From the NCBI RefSeq assembly GCF_039654945.1, contig NW_027361676.1, positions 5,208,001-5,272,000 on the forward strand: 64,000 nt of DNA. The letters are read 5' to 3'. This DNA comes from Dendrobates tinctorius. Its lineage: Eukaryota. The notes under the pieces are model-generated. The model searched no databases and was not told the DNA's origin. It saw nothing but the letters and a program-made list of their open reading frames with translations. A program made the position numbers and the translations under genes. This document shows positions 24,400 through 38,031 of this stretch, in pieces; positions within the stretch are counted from its first letter, which is position 1, and each line of letters opens with the position of its first letter.

Positions 24400-24911
24400 A
24401 ATCCCCACATGCTGTTCCTCACTCTCTAAAGAACAAGGGCAAAGCCTGAAATATAATTTACAGGCTTCTTTAAATACAATAAACTTATTTTTCCCTCCAG
24501 AGAACCTGTCAGTGAGAGATATTTTGGGTTCCGGTTGAGACTGGACATGAGCCAAGACCAGGAACCCCAAAACCTGCTAAACATGCTGCACCACCTGACA
24601 CTGCAGCTTCTTAACCTCATGAATGATAGTCTGGATCAGGTGAGAAAAATCTTGTGCTTGAGCTATAGGTTAACCGGAAAAAAGTACTGCTTGGTGATAA
24701 TGTCACGATCCCACAGGGGGTCGGCTAGCAGATGACACGACACACACACAACAGGATGGAAATGAGAAAGAAAGGCCCAACTGATAGGGAATGAGGGATG
24801 GGATACCTCCCCAGCTCCAACCTGAGCCTGTCCCTGCACTCCCCTAACGCCCTAAGTGGGTCCTTCCCCCCAGTCCACACACTCAATCAATCACACTCCA
24901 ACCTCTCCACC

Positions 24912-25844
24912 ATGGCCAAGACCAAAGAGCTGTCTAAGGACACTGGGGAAAAAATTGTAGACCTGCACAAGGCTGGGATGGGATACAGGACAATAGGCAA
25001 GCAGCTTGGTGAGAAGGCAATAACTGTTGGTACAATAATTAGACAATGGAAGAAACACAAGATGACTGCCAATCTTTCTCAGTCTGGGGTTCCATGCAAG
25101 ATGTTGCTTCATGGGGTAAAGATAATTCTGAGAAAGGTCAAGAATCAGCCCAGATTAACCCAGGATCCTGCAGGGCATGCAAGGTCCCCTTGGTCACGCC
25201 AGCACATGTCCAAGTCCGTTTGAAGTTCGCCAATGACCATCTTGGTGATCCAGAGGTGGCATGGGAGGTCATGTGGTCAGATGAGACAAAAATAGAACTT
25301 TTTGGTATCAACTCCAATCGTCATGTTTGGAGGAAGAAGAAGGATGAGTACAGCCCCAAGAACACTGTCCCAACCGTGAAGCATGGTGGGAAAACATTGC
25401 ACTTTGGGGTGGTTTTCTGCAGAGGGTACAGAATGACTGCACTGTATTGAAGGGAGGATGGATGGGGTCATGTATCGCAAGATTTGGGCAAACAACCTCC
25501 TTCCATTAATAAGAGCATTGAAGATGGGTAGTGTCTGGGTCTTCCAGCATGACAATGACCCAAAATACACAGCCAGGGCAACTAAGGAGTGGCTCTGTAA
25601 GAAGTATTTCAAGGTCCTGGAGTGGTCTAGCCCATCTCCAGACCTGAACCCACTAGAAAATTTTTGGAGAGCGCTGAAACTCAATGTTGCCCAGAGAGAG
25701 CCCCATAACCTGAAAGATCTGCAGAAGATCTGTATGGAGGAGTGGATCAAAATCTCTGCTGCAGTGTGTGCAAATTTGGTCAAGAACTACAGGAAATGTC
25801 TGACCTCTGTAATTGCAAACAAAGGTTTCTGTACAAAATATTAA
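24912..25844 (+). pseudogene. Tc1 transposase pseudogene
   Basis: [10 protein letters not shown]..., [31 protein letters not shown] across frameshifts and a deletion. Confidence 0.92.
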
Positions 25845-26137
25845 ATTCTGCTTTTCTATTGTATCCAATACTTATTTTATGGAATAAAATGCAAATTAAT
25901 TATGTAAAAATCATACAATGTGATTTTCTGGATTTTTTTAAGCTTCTGTCTCTCACAGTTGAAGTGTACCTACGATAAAAATAACAGACCTCTCCATTCT
26001 TTGTAGCTGGGAAAACTTGCAAAATCGGCAGTGTATCAAATACTTATTTACCCCACTATATCTTTATCATTATATTTTACATCTTTCCCTGATAATGATG
26101 AATGTCATTGCCAGCGAAGTAAGTGTTTTCTTATGTA

Positions 26138-27163
26138 CAGTCATGGCTCAAAATGTTGGCACCTTTTGGCACAATTTTGTTCAGCCTATTTTTGATTTTT
26201 GTAGTTTTGTGTGAAATTATGTCCAGTTTGCCTTTTTTTTCCTCATTTTTTGTGTTGCTCCAATACACACAAAGGAAGTAAACATGTGCATAACAAAACA
26301 TGTGTAATTGCAATAATATTCTGGAAGAAATACTTAATTTTGTTTAACAATTTCAAAGGTACCAACACTTTCAGCCATGCAAAAGAGAAAAGTAGAAAGG
26401 CTACCTGTAAGGACGTGCAGACTCCAAAATATCAAAAGAATCATGTCGCTTTATTGAACAGAAAACAGCAAACAAATTATAAAAACATTTAAAAATGTAT
26501 ATATATACACAAAGGCCTCCCAGACCTAAGGACCCACACTTATGCAGTTTAAATTATGAGAGTTAAATCTTACATCAGACAACCAAAAATGGCTACCTCC
26601 TAACATTTTACAGCGACCATTTCTGCTTATGGCTTCCTATCTTCCCTAGGGTAAACTCTAGGCATATAGGCCTTATTTGGCCTCTGACTTCGCTATATAC
26701 CTATTTAGGAGGTAGCAATTTTTGGTTCTCTGATTGGAACTTGGCTCTCAAGAGATGTAACATTATATCCACGGGTTTGTGCAATGCATACCTATGTAGA
26801 GCAGTTTCATTTTGAATTGAATCCATGTTTTCATCTCTTTTTGCAATTATGTAAATATAGGATTTAACTCTCATATTTTAAACTGCATAAGTGTGGGTCC
26901 TTAGGTCTGGGAGGCCTTTGTGTATATATAAATATTTTTAAATATTTTTAGAATTTGTTTGTTGTTTTCTATTCAATAAAGTTACATAATTCTTTTGATA
27001 TGTTGGAGTGTGCACGTCCTTACAGGTAGCCTTTCTTCTTTTCTCTTTTGCATCATGCTTTCTACCTGATGTGGCACCTCTTCTGATACAGATTTTTTTC
27101 ATTTCTTGTTATTTGTGGTGCGCCCCCGCTTTCTTCATAAACTAACACTTTCCGCTATGACTG
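26138..27163. mobile_element. Tc1-derived MITE interrupted near its right end
   Basis: TA-CAGTCATGGC...GCTATGACTG-TA. Confidence 0.75.
26380..27143 (+). mobile_element. Penelope-like insertion with a long inverted duplication
   Basis: 16-bp TSD AACACTTTCAGCCATG / AACACTTTCCGCTATG, about 200-bp inverted arms (26377-26575 / 26855-27053), AATAAA near 26975. Confidence 0.65.
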
Positions 27164-27901
27164 TATCTCTATTAGTGACATCATTGGACATCTCCTGACA
27201 CTCATGTTTAATTGGCAGAAAATATTGATATTGCAGCCAACAGCAGTCCCTCTGACATCCACAGCTTGTGAAAATAGCCTGATGTAATTCAGTGATCCTT
27301 AAAGGAAGTAAATACTATTTCTATGCCGCAGTCATATTTAAAAATATGTATTTTGCTGGTGCGTTGTAACTAATAATCATTATAAGTGAAATATAGAAGG
27401 CAATCACAGGATGTTTCTAGGAAAATGCCATAATTTCCTACATCTATAGGTAAGAAACAAGGTAGAAAAACTTCAATATCATGGTTTCTGTAGAGTTGTC
27501 ACTGTATCGTCACCTGCAATAACAAGTACAGTATGCTGTTTGTGTTTGTTTTAACACATCATGCCAGGAAAATATTTATCACCCTCATGAGTCATCTTGG
27601 CTACATCATCGTATGCCAATGTAGCAAATCTATAACAATATCAAAGAAAAAACATAGGAAGTTACTGATAAAACAATATGTAGTATCTTGCTGCACTGAT
27701 CAGTCTGCATCTAAATTTTATTACAATGTTTTTAGAAGAGTGCATTTAACCAGAAACTGGTTATTTTAGCTTTACTTTACCAGTGCAGCTATTTTACATT
27801 TTGAGCTGGTATTTGAAATCTACACTTCTAAATAGGATATTTTCTATTACAGCAGACAAAAATACAATCAGTACCATAGCTGCTAGGGTGTACAGGTGTT
27901 A

Positions 27902-28295
27902 AGCCCCTGTTATACACTGCGATATTGCTAGCAATATCGCTGTAAAGTCACCGATTTTGTGACGTTGCAGCGATATTGCTAGCGATATCGCTGCATGTGA
28001 TACTTACCTCCGACCGGCTCCCCCACTGGTTATCGCCGATCGCGCGAGAAGCTCCTGGACCATTCCTCGTCGGGCGCTTCCTGCAGCGCCGATGAGCGAC
28101 ATGTGGACGCGGGTGGGAGGACGCAGGATCGCCGCGTCTGACAGGTAAGTAGCGATCCCCGACCCCAGCGATGTCGCTGGTGAGATCTGACTGTGTGGCA
28201 GCTCACTAGCGACCACCTAGCGATGCACCAGCGATCCTGACCGCGTCATATCGCTAGTCGGGATCGCTGGTGCATCGCTAGGTGTAACGGTACCC
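27902..28295. mobile_element. Harbinger-type MITE (AGCGAT/ATCGCT-rich)
   Basis: TTA TSDs on both sides, homologous to 61587-61981. Confidence 0.8.
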
Positions 28296-28759
28296 TTAGA
28301 GGGGCAGTTGCCCTTGGCCACAACCTCTGAGGAGCCCACACGGAGCTACTGCTACTTTTAACTAGGCATGCTGATATATACTTAAACCCTGCGGTGGTGC
28401 AGGGCTGCTTTCCATAGATTGATTTAATCCTGCAGTCTACAGAACTGCAGGGAGGTGCACTGGTGCCTTGGCATACGCTGGATTTTAAAGTCCCATCGTG
28501 GTGAGTCATCGCGCCATGCTGGAACTCGGACTTCCTGTGTGTGTGCCGGCATTTTGGCAGCATGTTGCTCTGCCATTGGACTCATCAGGATCTTGGATTA
28601 GGTAAGTATATGATTTTTTTGTTTAAATTAAAACTTTTGGTGTGATATGGGAGCATCATAAACAATTGGGGGACCCTTATACAGTGTGCAGGATCTTGAA
28701 AAAGTTCGGGAGCCTTCATACATTGTAGGGACTACTGTAGAGACATTTGAAATGTGCTG

Positions 28760-29310
28760 ACCAATGTGCAAAAGCTTGTTCTGAGTCACAGGTCATGGGC
28801 CCTCCAACAGGATAATGACCCAAACACACAGCTAAAAACATTCAAGAATTGCTAAGAGCAAAGCGTTGGATGACTCTGAAGTGGCCTTCTATGAGACCTG
28901 ATCTATATCCTATTGAACATCTATGGAAGTAGCTGAAACATGCCGTCTGGAGAAGGCAACCTTCACACCAGAGACAGCGGTAATGGTTTGCTCACAAAGA
29001 GTTGGCCACAATACCTATGGACAGGTGCAGAAGTCTTATTGAGAGTTACAGAAATTGTCTGCAGTAATTGCCTCAAAAGGTTTTGCAATGAAATATTAAG
29101 TTAAGAATCCCATCATTATAGTCCAAACCATTTTCATGAGTTTTTTCTATTTTTCTGTTGAATCACAATTCAAAAGCAATGTCTGATTTTCATTAGTTGA
29201 TATTCAGTAAATTTAAATTGAAAATTAATTTTGTCAGTTTCAAGTCTATTGCAGTGACCATTGTGGGTTCCTCTTACTTTAACAGAAGATACCAACAATT
29301 TTGCACGTGT
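28760..29310 (+). pseudogene. Tc1 transposase 3' remnant plus right TIR
   Basis: [11 protein letters not shown]...LKWPSMRPDLYPIEHLWK. Confidence 0.8.
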
Positions 29311-29719
29311 GAATGTTAATTTCCTTACTGAATTTGGTTGGTTGCTATATGCAATAGTTTGTCCTATATGAAAAATATTACTGTTTTAATATTAGCAATC
29401 TTTTTTTTTCCATTTTTATTGAAATCTATGGTTTTAAAATCAATTTTCCATCCTTGAATTTTTTTTATGCATGAGATAAAGCAAAAGTATTATTTGACAT
29501 CTACTTGTAGAAGATAATTTTAGAGGAGGGTATATAGAACAGATTTATAAAAGGACTATTTGTTATCATCTGAAATACATTTTTATTATGTTAATTCTAT
29601 TTAAATTTTCAAATGTTAAATGTTCACTAAGTTACACTTACTAAGTATAAGTTCAGACTTTGCAGATTTTTCTCAAGTTATTACAAAAGATATCTGCAAA
29701 TCTGCACGTATACAAATAA

Positions 29720-31309
29720 TGACACTCTGGGGAAATCTCAAGTGCACAGTACATGCTAGACAGCCCAGGATACAGGAACTAGAGGTTTTTGCCAAGAAGA
29801 GTGGGCAGGCTTACCATTTGAAAAAATAAAGAACCTCATCCACAACTACCACAAAAGACTTCATGCTGTCATTGATGCTATAGGGGGCAATGGCAATACG
29901 CGGTATTAAGAAATGGGGTATATGAACTCTTGATCAGGGTTTTTTGGATGTTTTGGGTTTTCATTATGATTTAAAAAGAGAAAACAGTGTAGTTTAACAA
30001 TAAATGGCTTAAATGTGGAAAAAAGCTCGAGGGCACTACGAATGATCTATGGGGGACTGACCTCCATTGCCCTTGAGGAAGCCACGCTAGAGGTGGCGAT
30101 ACGCGTGGGGTAACATCCCCCCTCCAGCCTTTAGAACTCACGGGTATCCGACCTACTATTAGACCTTTGCTTTACCCTTTTGGGTTTGTTATCTTTAGGC
30201 ATTTTGTGCACCAGCATGTCTCTGACTGTAGAGACATCTTAGTTCTCCTTTGAGGCTATAGTGCTCTCCTGTGTGTTACAATTTCAACCATACACATGGC
30301 TTTGCACTACAGGGGTTCTTAATTGTCTCTTTAGCGGCACCACATGTTTTTTGTATCATTTATAGGATATAGAACGTATATTGGAAAACTGTAACCACAT
30401 ATGGATTATATACAGTTATCAGTATATTATTTTCCCATATATTAGGGTTTCTGCATTCATGGCTATTTACAGCTTTCTGCCATCATGGTTATTGTTTTGT
30501 TCCTCATGCTATAAGCATTGCCTGGTTTTTATACATTATTATTATTTTTTTTAGATAGTTCACTTTGGGAACTGCTATTTATGCATTGTGCCCTAGAGGT
30601 AATGCTCCATGGTCATCTGGGTGATTCGCCATTCAGGTTATTCTTGCTCCCCATGTTACACACATGCCTCAAGGTTTTCTTAGATAGATCAATATGGGAA
30701 CTGCAAACCATGTGCTGGGTCCAAACCTTTATTATTTAATATTATTTTCATAATAAGGGTTCTTTACATTCATGGTCACTTTGTGATCTTTTTTGCCATC
30801 AGGGTATTTTTGGTATACACATATTAAATGCTTGGTGTTTTCTAATGCTTTTTCATGTTCATTACCCTATCCAATACATGGTTATATAGGTCTTTTTCAT
30901 GTTTGCATTTATGTAAATTTATTTACAGGTCTCTGCCCAAGCATACTGGAGGGGGCACATATCAGGTTCCTACCTTAGAACCTGATTTCTTGGAGTGTCA
31001 TTAATGGCCAATTTTGTATGGCCTGTTTAATTGTTTTTAATTGTATTCTTGTCACTTGTGATTTTTGTATGCTAAAGAATAAAAATTGATATTATATCAT
31101 GGTTAATATTTTTATGCTCATTTTGAGGTTGATTGCGTCCATTATACACACTTCTTTTCTTCTTCTTTAACAATAAATGGCTTGACCCAACCACTAACCA
31201 TGAGTGCAGAAAAAGTTTTGGTATTATCATTCATATTCTCTAAAAAAGGCCAAAAAAGGGCCAAGAAAGCAAAAATTCTGCCAGGTAAGTAAACTTTTGA
31301 GCACAACTG
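29720..31309 (+). mobile_element. Tc1 3' remnant; right TIR interrupted by a Penelope-like insertion
   Basis: LWGNLKCTVHARQP..QELE; ends GAGCACAACTG-TA. Confidence 0.7.
30011..31165 (+). mobile_element. Penelope-like pLTR/3' fragment with degenerate hammerhead motif
   Basis: Perfect 18-bp TSD TTTAACAATAAATGGCTT (29993-30010 / 31166-31183), motif TTGAGGAAGCCAC-N7-GTGGCGATACGCGT at 30073-30106, T-rich body, AATAAA near 31078. Confidence 0.7.
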
Positions 31310-31639
31310 TATATACAACTGTTCATATGAGACCACTTCTCCTTCCTGCAATACATGTTCTTTGTAGCTTTAATATTTTTATCATGCTGAATTAGTAAAG
31401 ATTTATTTTTTGAAATAGAATCCATTTTCTTTATAGGAGTTTGTCTATATTTTTTTGAGTGACTATTATTCTAGGTAGCAATCAGCCTCTCCATAGGTTG
31501 CAAATTTTCTTGTCATTTTTATATTCCCTTTTTGTTTGCTGATATTGGAGGAAAATGGAAATAAAAATTGGAAGAACGTGTCTATTTTTCACATTTGTGT
31601 ATTTTTTTAGAATCACAATAGACTACTAAAATTATTTAA

Positions 31640-33668
31640 CCCCTTAATGACGGAGCCAATTTGCAGCTTAATTTTTACAATTCTGACCACTGTCACTTTA
31701 TGAGGTTATAACTCTGGAACGCTTTAACGGATTCTGCTGATTCTGAGAATGTTTTTCCGTGACATATTTTACTTCATGTTAGTGGTAAAATTTTTTTGAT
31801 ATGACATGCGTTTATTTATGAAAAAAGTGGAAATATGGCGAAAACTTTTAAAATTTTGCAATTTTCAAACTTTTAATTTTTATGCCCTTAAATCAGAGAG
31901 ATATGTCATACAAAATACTTAATAAATAACATTTCACATATGTCTACTTTACATCTGCACAATTTTGGAAACAAAAAACATTTTTTTTAGGGACCACATC
32001 ACATTTGAAGTCACTTTGAGAGGTTAATATGACAGAAAATACCCAAGACTGCACCCCTCAAGGTGCTCAAGACCACATTCATGAAGTTTATCAACCTTTA
32101 CGTGCTACACAGGAACTAAAGCAATGTAGAAGGAAAAAATTAACATTTAACTTTTTTTTTACAAATTTTAATTCAGAACCAATTTTTTTAATTTTCACAA
32201 GTGCAAAAAGAGAAAATAAACCACAAAATTTGTTGTGCAATTTCTCCTGAATACGCTGATACCCAATATGTGGGGTTAAACCACTGTTTGGGTGCACGGA
32301 AGGGCTTGAAACAGAAGGTGCGCCGTTTGACTTTTTCAATGCAGAATTGGCTGGAATTGAGATCGAACGCCATGTCGCGTTTGAAGAGCCCCTTATGTGC
32401 CTAAACAGTGGAAACCCCCAACAAATTACACCACTTTAGAAACTAGACCCCTTTAGGAACTTATCTAGATGTGTGGTGAGCACTTTGATCCACCAAGTGC
32501 TTCACAGAAGTTTATAACGTAGAGCCGTGAAAATAAAAAATCATATTTTTTCCACAAAAATGATCTTTTCGTCCCTAAATTTTTATTTTCACAAGGGTAA
32601 CAGGAGAAATTATACCTCAAAAAATGTTGTGCAATTTGTCCTGAGTACGCCGACACCCCATATGTGGCGGTAAACCACTGTTTGGGCACACGGCAGAGCT
32701 CAGAAGGGAAGGAGCGCTGTTTGACTTTTTCAATGCAGAATTGGTTGGAATTGAGATCGGAAGTCATGTTGCGTTTGGAAAGCCCCTGATGTGCCTAAAC
32801 AGTGGAAACCCCCCACAAGTGACACCATTTTGGAAACTAGACCCCTTAAGAAACTTATCTAGATGTGTGGTGAGCACTTTGAACCCCCAAGTGCTTCACA
32901 GAAGTTTATAACGCAGAGCTGTGAAAATGAAAAATCATTTTTTTCCTCAAAAAGGATTTTATAGTCCGCTATTTTTTATTTTCACAAGGCTAACAGGAGA
33001 AATTGGACCACAAAAGTTGTTGTGCAATTTGTCCTGAGTACGTTAATACCCAATATTTGGGGGGAACCACTGATTGGGCGCATGGCAGAGCTCGGAAGGG
33101 AATTAGCGCATTTTGTAATGCAGACTTTGATGGAATGGTCTGCGGGTGTCATGTTGCATTTGCAGAGCCCCTGATGTGCTTAAACAGTAGAAACCCCCAC
33201 AAGTGACACCATTTTGGAAACTACACCCCCCAAGGAGCTTATCTAGATGTGTGGCGAGCACTTTGAGTTTATAACGCAGAGTCGTGAAAATAAAAAATCA
33301 TTTTTTCCCTCAAAAATGATTATTTAACCCGCTATTTTTTATTTTTACAAGGGTAAGAGGAGAAATTGGACCACAAAATTTGTTGTGCAATTTGTCCTGA
33401 GTACAATGATGCCCCATATGTTGGGGTAAACTACTGTTTGTTAACACATCGGGGGCTCAGAAGGGAGGGAGCACTATTTTACTTTTTGAATGCAAGATGG
33501 CTGGAATCAATAGTGGCGCCATGTCGCATTTGGAGACCCCCTGATGTGCCTAAATAGTGGAAACCTCTCAATTCTAACTCCAACCCTAACCCTAATCCCA
33601 ACCCTGGGATTAGGTTTAAGTACTCTTAACTACCGCCAGTAAAAGGCATATCGGCAGTCGTTAAGGGG
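31640..33668 (-). mobile_element. Non-autonomous piggyBac-like element with about 390-bp internal repeats
   Basis: TTAA on both sides, TIR CCCCTTAATGAC / GTCGTTAAGGGG, inverted homolog of 53200-54856, CCCTAA tract at 33584-33604. Confidence 0.85.
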
Positions 33669-35038
33669 TTAATAATAATAATAATATTCCCATTTCTTTA
33701 GAATTTATTTTTATATATTGGAAATTCTTCAATGGAGGCTATGTAAGAAATAGCAATTTAGACTGGCAGTGGCTTATTTAATTTTTTTTTAATATTTATT
33801 TTTGATATTTTTTAACTTATTTTTATACATCATACACTTAATAAGGTCTTAAAAAACCTTGAGTGGTGGGGGACATTTTAACATATGAATACATTTTTTT
33901 TGTTTGCTGATTACTCTTGCAATATTAACCTCAGGTAGAGGGAAATTTCTGTCCCTTGGCTGCATAGCACAGCTGTCTGGCTTTCCTAGTACCCAGCTGA
34001 TTCTGTTCCTTCCCTACACACAGTGATCACATGATCACTGGGTCCGGAGGAGGAAGCAGCGTAAGTACTTCCTAATCTATATACACAAGCGCTGGTTCAG
34101 CACTATGTATACGCAGATTGAGTAGGTAGATATGATAATAAACCATATTTATCTTCCCTCTGGAGGTCTGGCTGTGTATGACAGCAGTTTCCCTCCCGCT
34201 CAGCTTTACAGTCTAGTGAAAGCTGCTTAGTCTGGACTGACATTTCAGTACATCAATGCAGGGATAAGTGCAGACTGCCTGAAAATTTTAAAGTGTATTG
34301 GCACATCAGAAGTAGGTAAATTATTACTGCTGTAACCAGCTCCCGATGTAACTATTCCACAGATTTAACCCTCCTTTGGTAAAGAAGCCTGTTGCTTTTG
34401 AATGTTTACATAGAATATCATTTTTTGTATTGACCATTTATGTATTTGTACATACAGTATGTTCACACTGCGTTTATGCATTGCATTCATGATGTCTGAG
34501 GTTCATAAGGTGTTACATCTGAATCCTGTTTTTTTAGTGTACTATAGTGTACTATATTCTTGTGTCCATCTTAAAAGAAGAAAACCATCTGAAAAAAGTA
34601 CAACTAAAGTTCATTCACTCCTATTGTATCATTCTACTCTGTACTGCTACAACAAATTCTGTCTGAAGTCTGTTTTTGGGGGGATTCAAACCGAAACCCT
34701 GGATAGTCATAAACACACTGCATAAACACAGTACGAACAGGTGCTAAATTTGTAAAATAAGACATAGTTAGTTCTACTAGTTAGTTCTACCGTTAAAGGA
34801 TTTTTCTTTATAATTATGGTATAATCAACTATATTTTCCACATTATTTTAAAAATTACATTATCATTTCAATCTGGTATTACTTAGAAGCTACAGCTTTT
34901 TATAGGCTGTCATTTGTACTATTAATTGTGTTATCCTTGATGGTTGTCAAGCATTATTTTGGACGATTTTAATCTGAAAATCACACTGTAAACACCTTTT
35001 AATTGCCTTATTTATCCTATCCTGACTGTTCAGTCTTA

Positions 35039-35442
35039 AGGCCCCGTCACACATAGCGATCTCGCTAGCGAGATCGCTGCTGAGTCACAAGTTTTGTGAC
35101 ACAACAGCGATCTCACCAGCGAGATCGCTGTGTGTGACAGCGATCAGCGACCGGCCCCCCTTCCGGTATCGCTGATCGCTGTAGGAAACAGCTGGACATT
35201 TCTTTTGTCGCTGGTCTCCCGCTGGCCAGCATGCATTGCTGCGTGTGACAGGCGGGAGACCAGCGATCTGCTGGTAACTAACGTACACATCGGGTATCCA
35301 AGGGACATGCATCCCTTAGATACCCGATGTGTACGTTAGTTACCAGTGCGCTGATGCAGGGTGTCAGCGCGCTTACCAGCGATCCTGACACGTTGATATC
35401 GTTGTCGGGATCGCTGGTGAGTTGCTATGTGTGACTCCAGCT
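35039..35442. mobile_element. Harbinger-type MITE
   Basis: TTA TSDs, GTCACACATAGC/GCTATGTGTGAC subterminal inverted repeat, inverted homolog at 44686-45274. Confidence 0.85.
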
Positions 35443-36611
35443 TTATACCCTGGAGGTACAATTTTTGTTTGGATTGAGCCTGGAAATGCTTCTCATGGTT
35501 ACAATAAGATTACAATGAATTACAAATTAATACTGATTTCAGAATTTGCATAGCTTAGATGAAAGAGCCTCAGAGATACCCCTCATAGGATTGTATAATT
35601 CTATTTCAATAATTGCAATAATGAGGGCTATGTACTATAAATATTCTTTAAGAATAAACTTTAGGTTATGTTTAAGAGAAAAAAGATACAGCAGTTCCTT
35701 AATAGTTGTAGTTTTCATGGGTACATGTTCTGTCTTCTTACACGTTCTCACAGTGTGCAATCTGACATACATCATAAACTTTTTCTGTCTTCCAAAATAA
35801 GCAGACCATTCTCCGTGGTCTAACTTGTTTATTAGTCAACAGATGGATGTATAGAATTGGAATGTATGAATTTTGGTAAAACTACAAGAATAAAAATAAC
35901 AGGTATAAGTATTGAATTTAGAATATTACATAACTATGGCATGTGATCATATGACTTATTAACTATCACCATCTGATTTAATACCAGTTGTGAATATACA
36001 GTACCACAGAACAGAGAGTTGCCTAACCAGATATACTTTATCCAGGATAATGGAGTTTTAGTAACATAATGCAGGAGAAAGTTTTACAAAATTGTTCTGC
36101 TAGATTGCTTCTTACAAAATGACTGCTTTACCAGGAGCGTCTTACCCAAAATGCATTGGTTTCTCCCACAATGCAATTGACAGTTTAACAGAAAAACAAC
36201 TTGTGATACAATTAAACATCACCAGATGGTGGTATTACTACATTAGACGACACTAACAGAGTATTACAGCTTATTATAGTGGTAACAGTAATTTTAACCT
36301 CATCTTTTGCCTTAATGGGAAGACCAGCCCATAAACCATATTTATCAAAAGGAGATATTTACAGTTGGTTTAAGGTTGAATATAACTGGTGTTTACTTGG
36401 CAGATCCGATCTTTGCGCACATCTAAACTTGTACTTTGCCTATAAACTTGCTGTAATCTACTCTAAAAACACATTTTGTTGTGAATATTGAAGTGGTATG
36501 CTTTTTAAGCTTGGAGTTCAGATGTCTGCTCAAAATAAGGCTTTGTGTAGGAAGTATGGTGGGAGGAAAGTGGGGAAACTGTAAAATCATAAAGTTATGT
36601 AGGTTCAAATA

Positions 36612-37560
36612 ATTTTTTTATTTTAAATATCTTTATTGGGTTTTAACAATATTGATATGAAAACAAAACATTCTAATAATAATAACAATAAAAAGGTTGG
36701 CGGTTGATAATATTAAGTTATCATTAAACATTCAAATACAAGTATAATCAGCTTGGTGAGGTTAAAGTATGCTATTACATGAACCAAATAATTATGTGTA
36801 TGCTAGAGGAATGTAAAGAAGAAAGAAGGTCGGTCAGGAAAAGAATGGAAAGGAAAAGGAGGTGGGGGGACATCTCCCCTTTGACTTATTGAAACCAGCA
36901 CTCCAGGGAGTACCACATCTACTTCGACATTACTATTTTACTGATTGTTTTCGGACAACCAGATTGCCTGGTTATTCCCCTTAGTGAAAAATATCCAACA
37001 AGTTGATTGGCTATGAAAAGCTTTGAGACGATTGTTGTCATGTGCAATGATGTTTTCCATTTTCATAATATTGTTAACCTCTGCCATCCATTCACCCAAA
37101 GTGCGAGTTTTTCTGGCTTTCCAGTGATGTGGAATAATTGACTTAACAGCTGTTAGAAAGTGCCTAAGGATATCTTTCTTTTCCTATGAGACTGAATCCA
37201 AAGTAATGAAAGAAGGCCTATTGAGGGGAGAGTGTGACTCTTCTACCAGTGAGACTATTGTACAGTTAGAATATTGAATTCCATAACCCATAAACCAATG
37301 GGCATTCCCCCATATACGTATGTAACATAGACCTGGCTGCACCACCACACCGCCAGCACAAATCTGACACCGAGTGGAAGATCCTATGTAGCATAGTCGG
37401 ACAATGGTACCATCTAGAAAGAATCTTACCGGTTCTCTTCTGAGCATAAAAAGTAGTAGGTAATTTATGGGAGAGGTTGAATGCTTTTTCCAATCCTCTG
37501 AAATTTAACTGCCCAGTTCCTTCTCACAAGCTCTGTGTTCAAATACTTTTGCTTAAAACA
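36612..37560 (-). mobile_element. 5'-truncated L1-clade LINE (ORF2 C-terminus, 3' UTR, A-rich tail)
   Basis: KILSRWYHCPTMLHRIF...CWRCGG....MLH...ECP zinc knuckle, KSIIPHHWK, minus-strand AATAAA and A-rich tail at about 36612-36637. Confidence 0.8.
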
Positions 37561-38031
37561 GACCTGTCGCCAGATTTCATAAGGATTTTTGAGTCCAGCT
37601 AAAGAATTAAATAGCTCATGAGTCCATTTCTATTCAATACCGGCCCACCCTGTCTGGCTGAGAGTAGCAGCTTGTACTGAGCAGTGTGAGATGGCAATGG
37701 CAACAGAAAGGAAGGACACTGAGGAGTTGTCAGTTAGGCTATGAGGGAAGAGAGTAAGTTTAAAATATCAATTTTTCTTTTGTGCATTATACTATTTAAC
37801 ATTCCCTTTTAGCTCTCCCCTCATCATTATTGAGCAATATCTATTGTAAATACTTTGATCTGCTTATTGAGTATGCATATTAATATTTTTTAGAATATCC
37901 TGTGAGGTATGTCACCAAATCATGTCTTTCTTTCATATACTTACAATTTAAACTGAAAATATTTATTAAAAAACAGTGTACGCTATCAAATTGGATTAAA
38001 CAGCCAATCTGGTATGGATTTTCAAAGTGAG

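Larger units (their letters stand above)
19901..24880 (-). mobile_element. Internally deleted Ty3/Gypsy LTR retrotransposon (gag, protease, integrase tail; RT/RNase H absent)
   Basis: LTRs 19901-20535 and 24701-24880 (truncated), PPT GAAGGGGGTTAC next to the 3' LTR, gag PEPKISLTDRFSG, zinc knuckle CFYCGITDHFINIC, protease LVDSGA, GPY/F-like RPYRV...LELPP...HNVFHRSAL at about 20720-20820. Confidence 0.85.
19680..26058 (+). mobile_element. Old Tc1 transposon split by a Gypsy insertion (pieces 19680-19900 and 24880-26058)
   Basis: Left TIR remnant is the inverse of the right TIR (GCCGATTTTGCAAGT / ACTTGCAAAATCGGC). Right end reads CCCCACTA-TA. Confidence 0.8.

Noticed and set aside
37640-37760. 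Plus-strand exon ending at GA|GTAAGT near 37753
   Set aside because: The ATG-initiated frame stops before the donor, there is no clear acceptor, and no recognisable peptide; support is insufficient.
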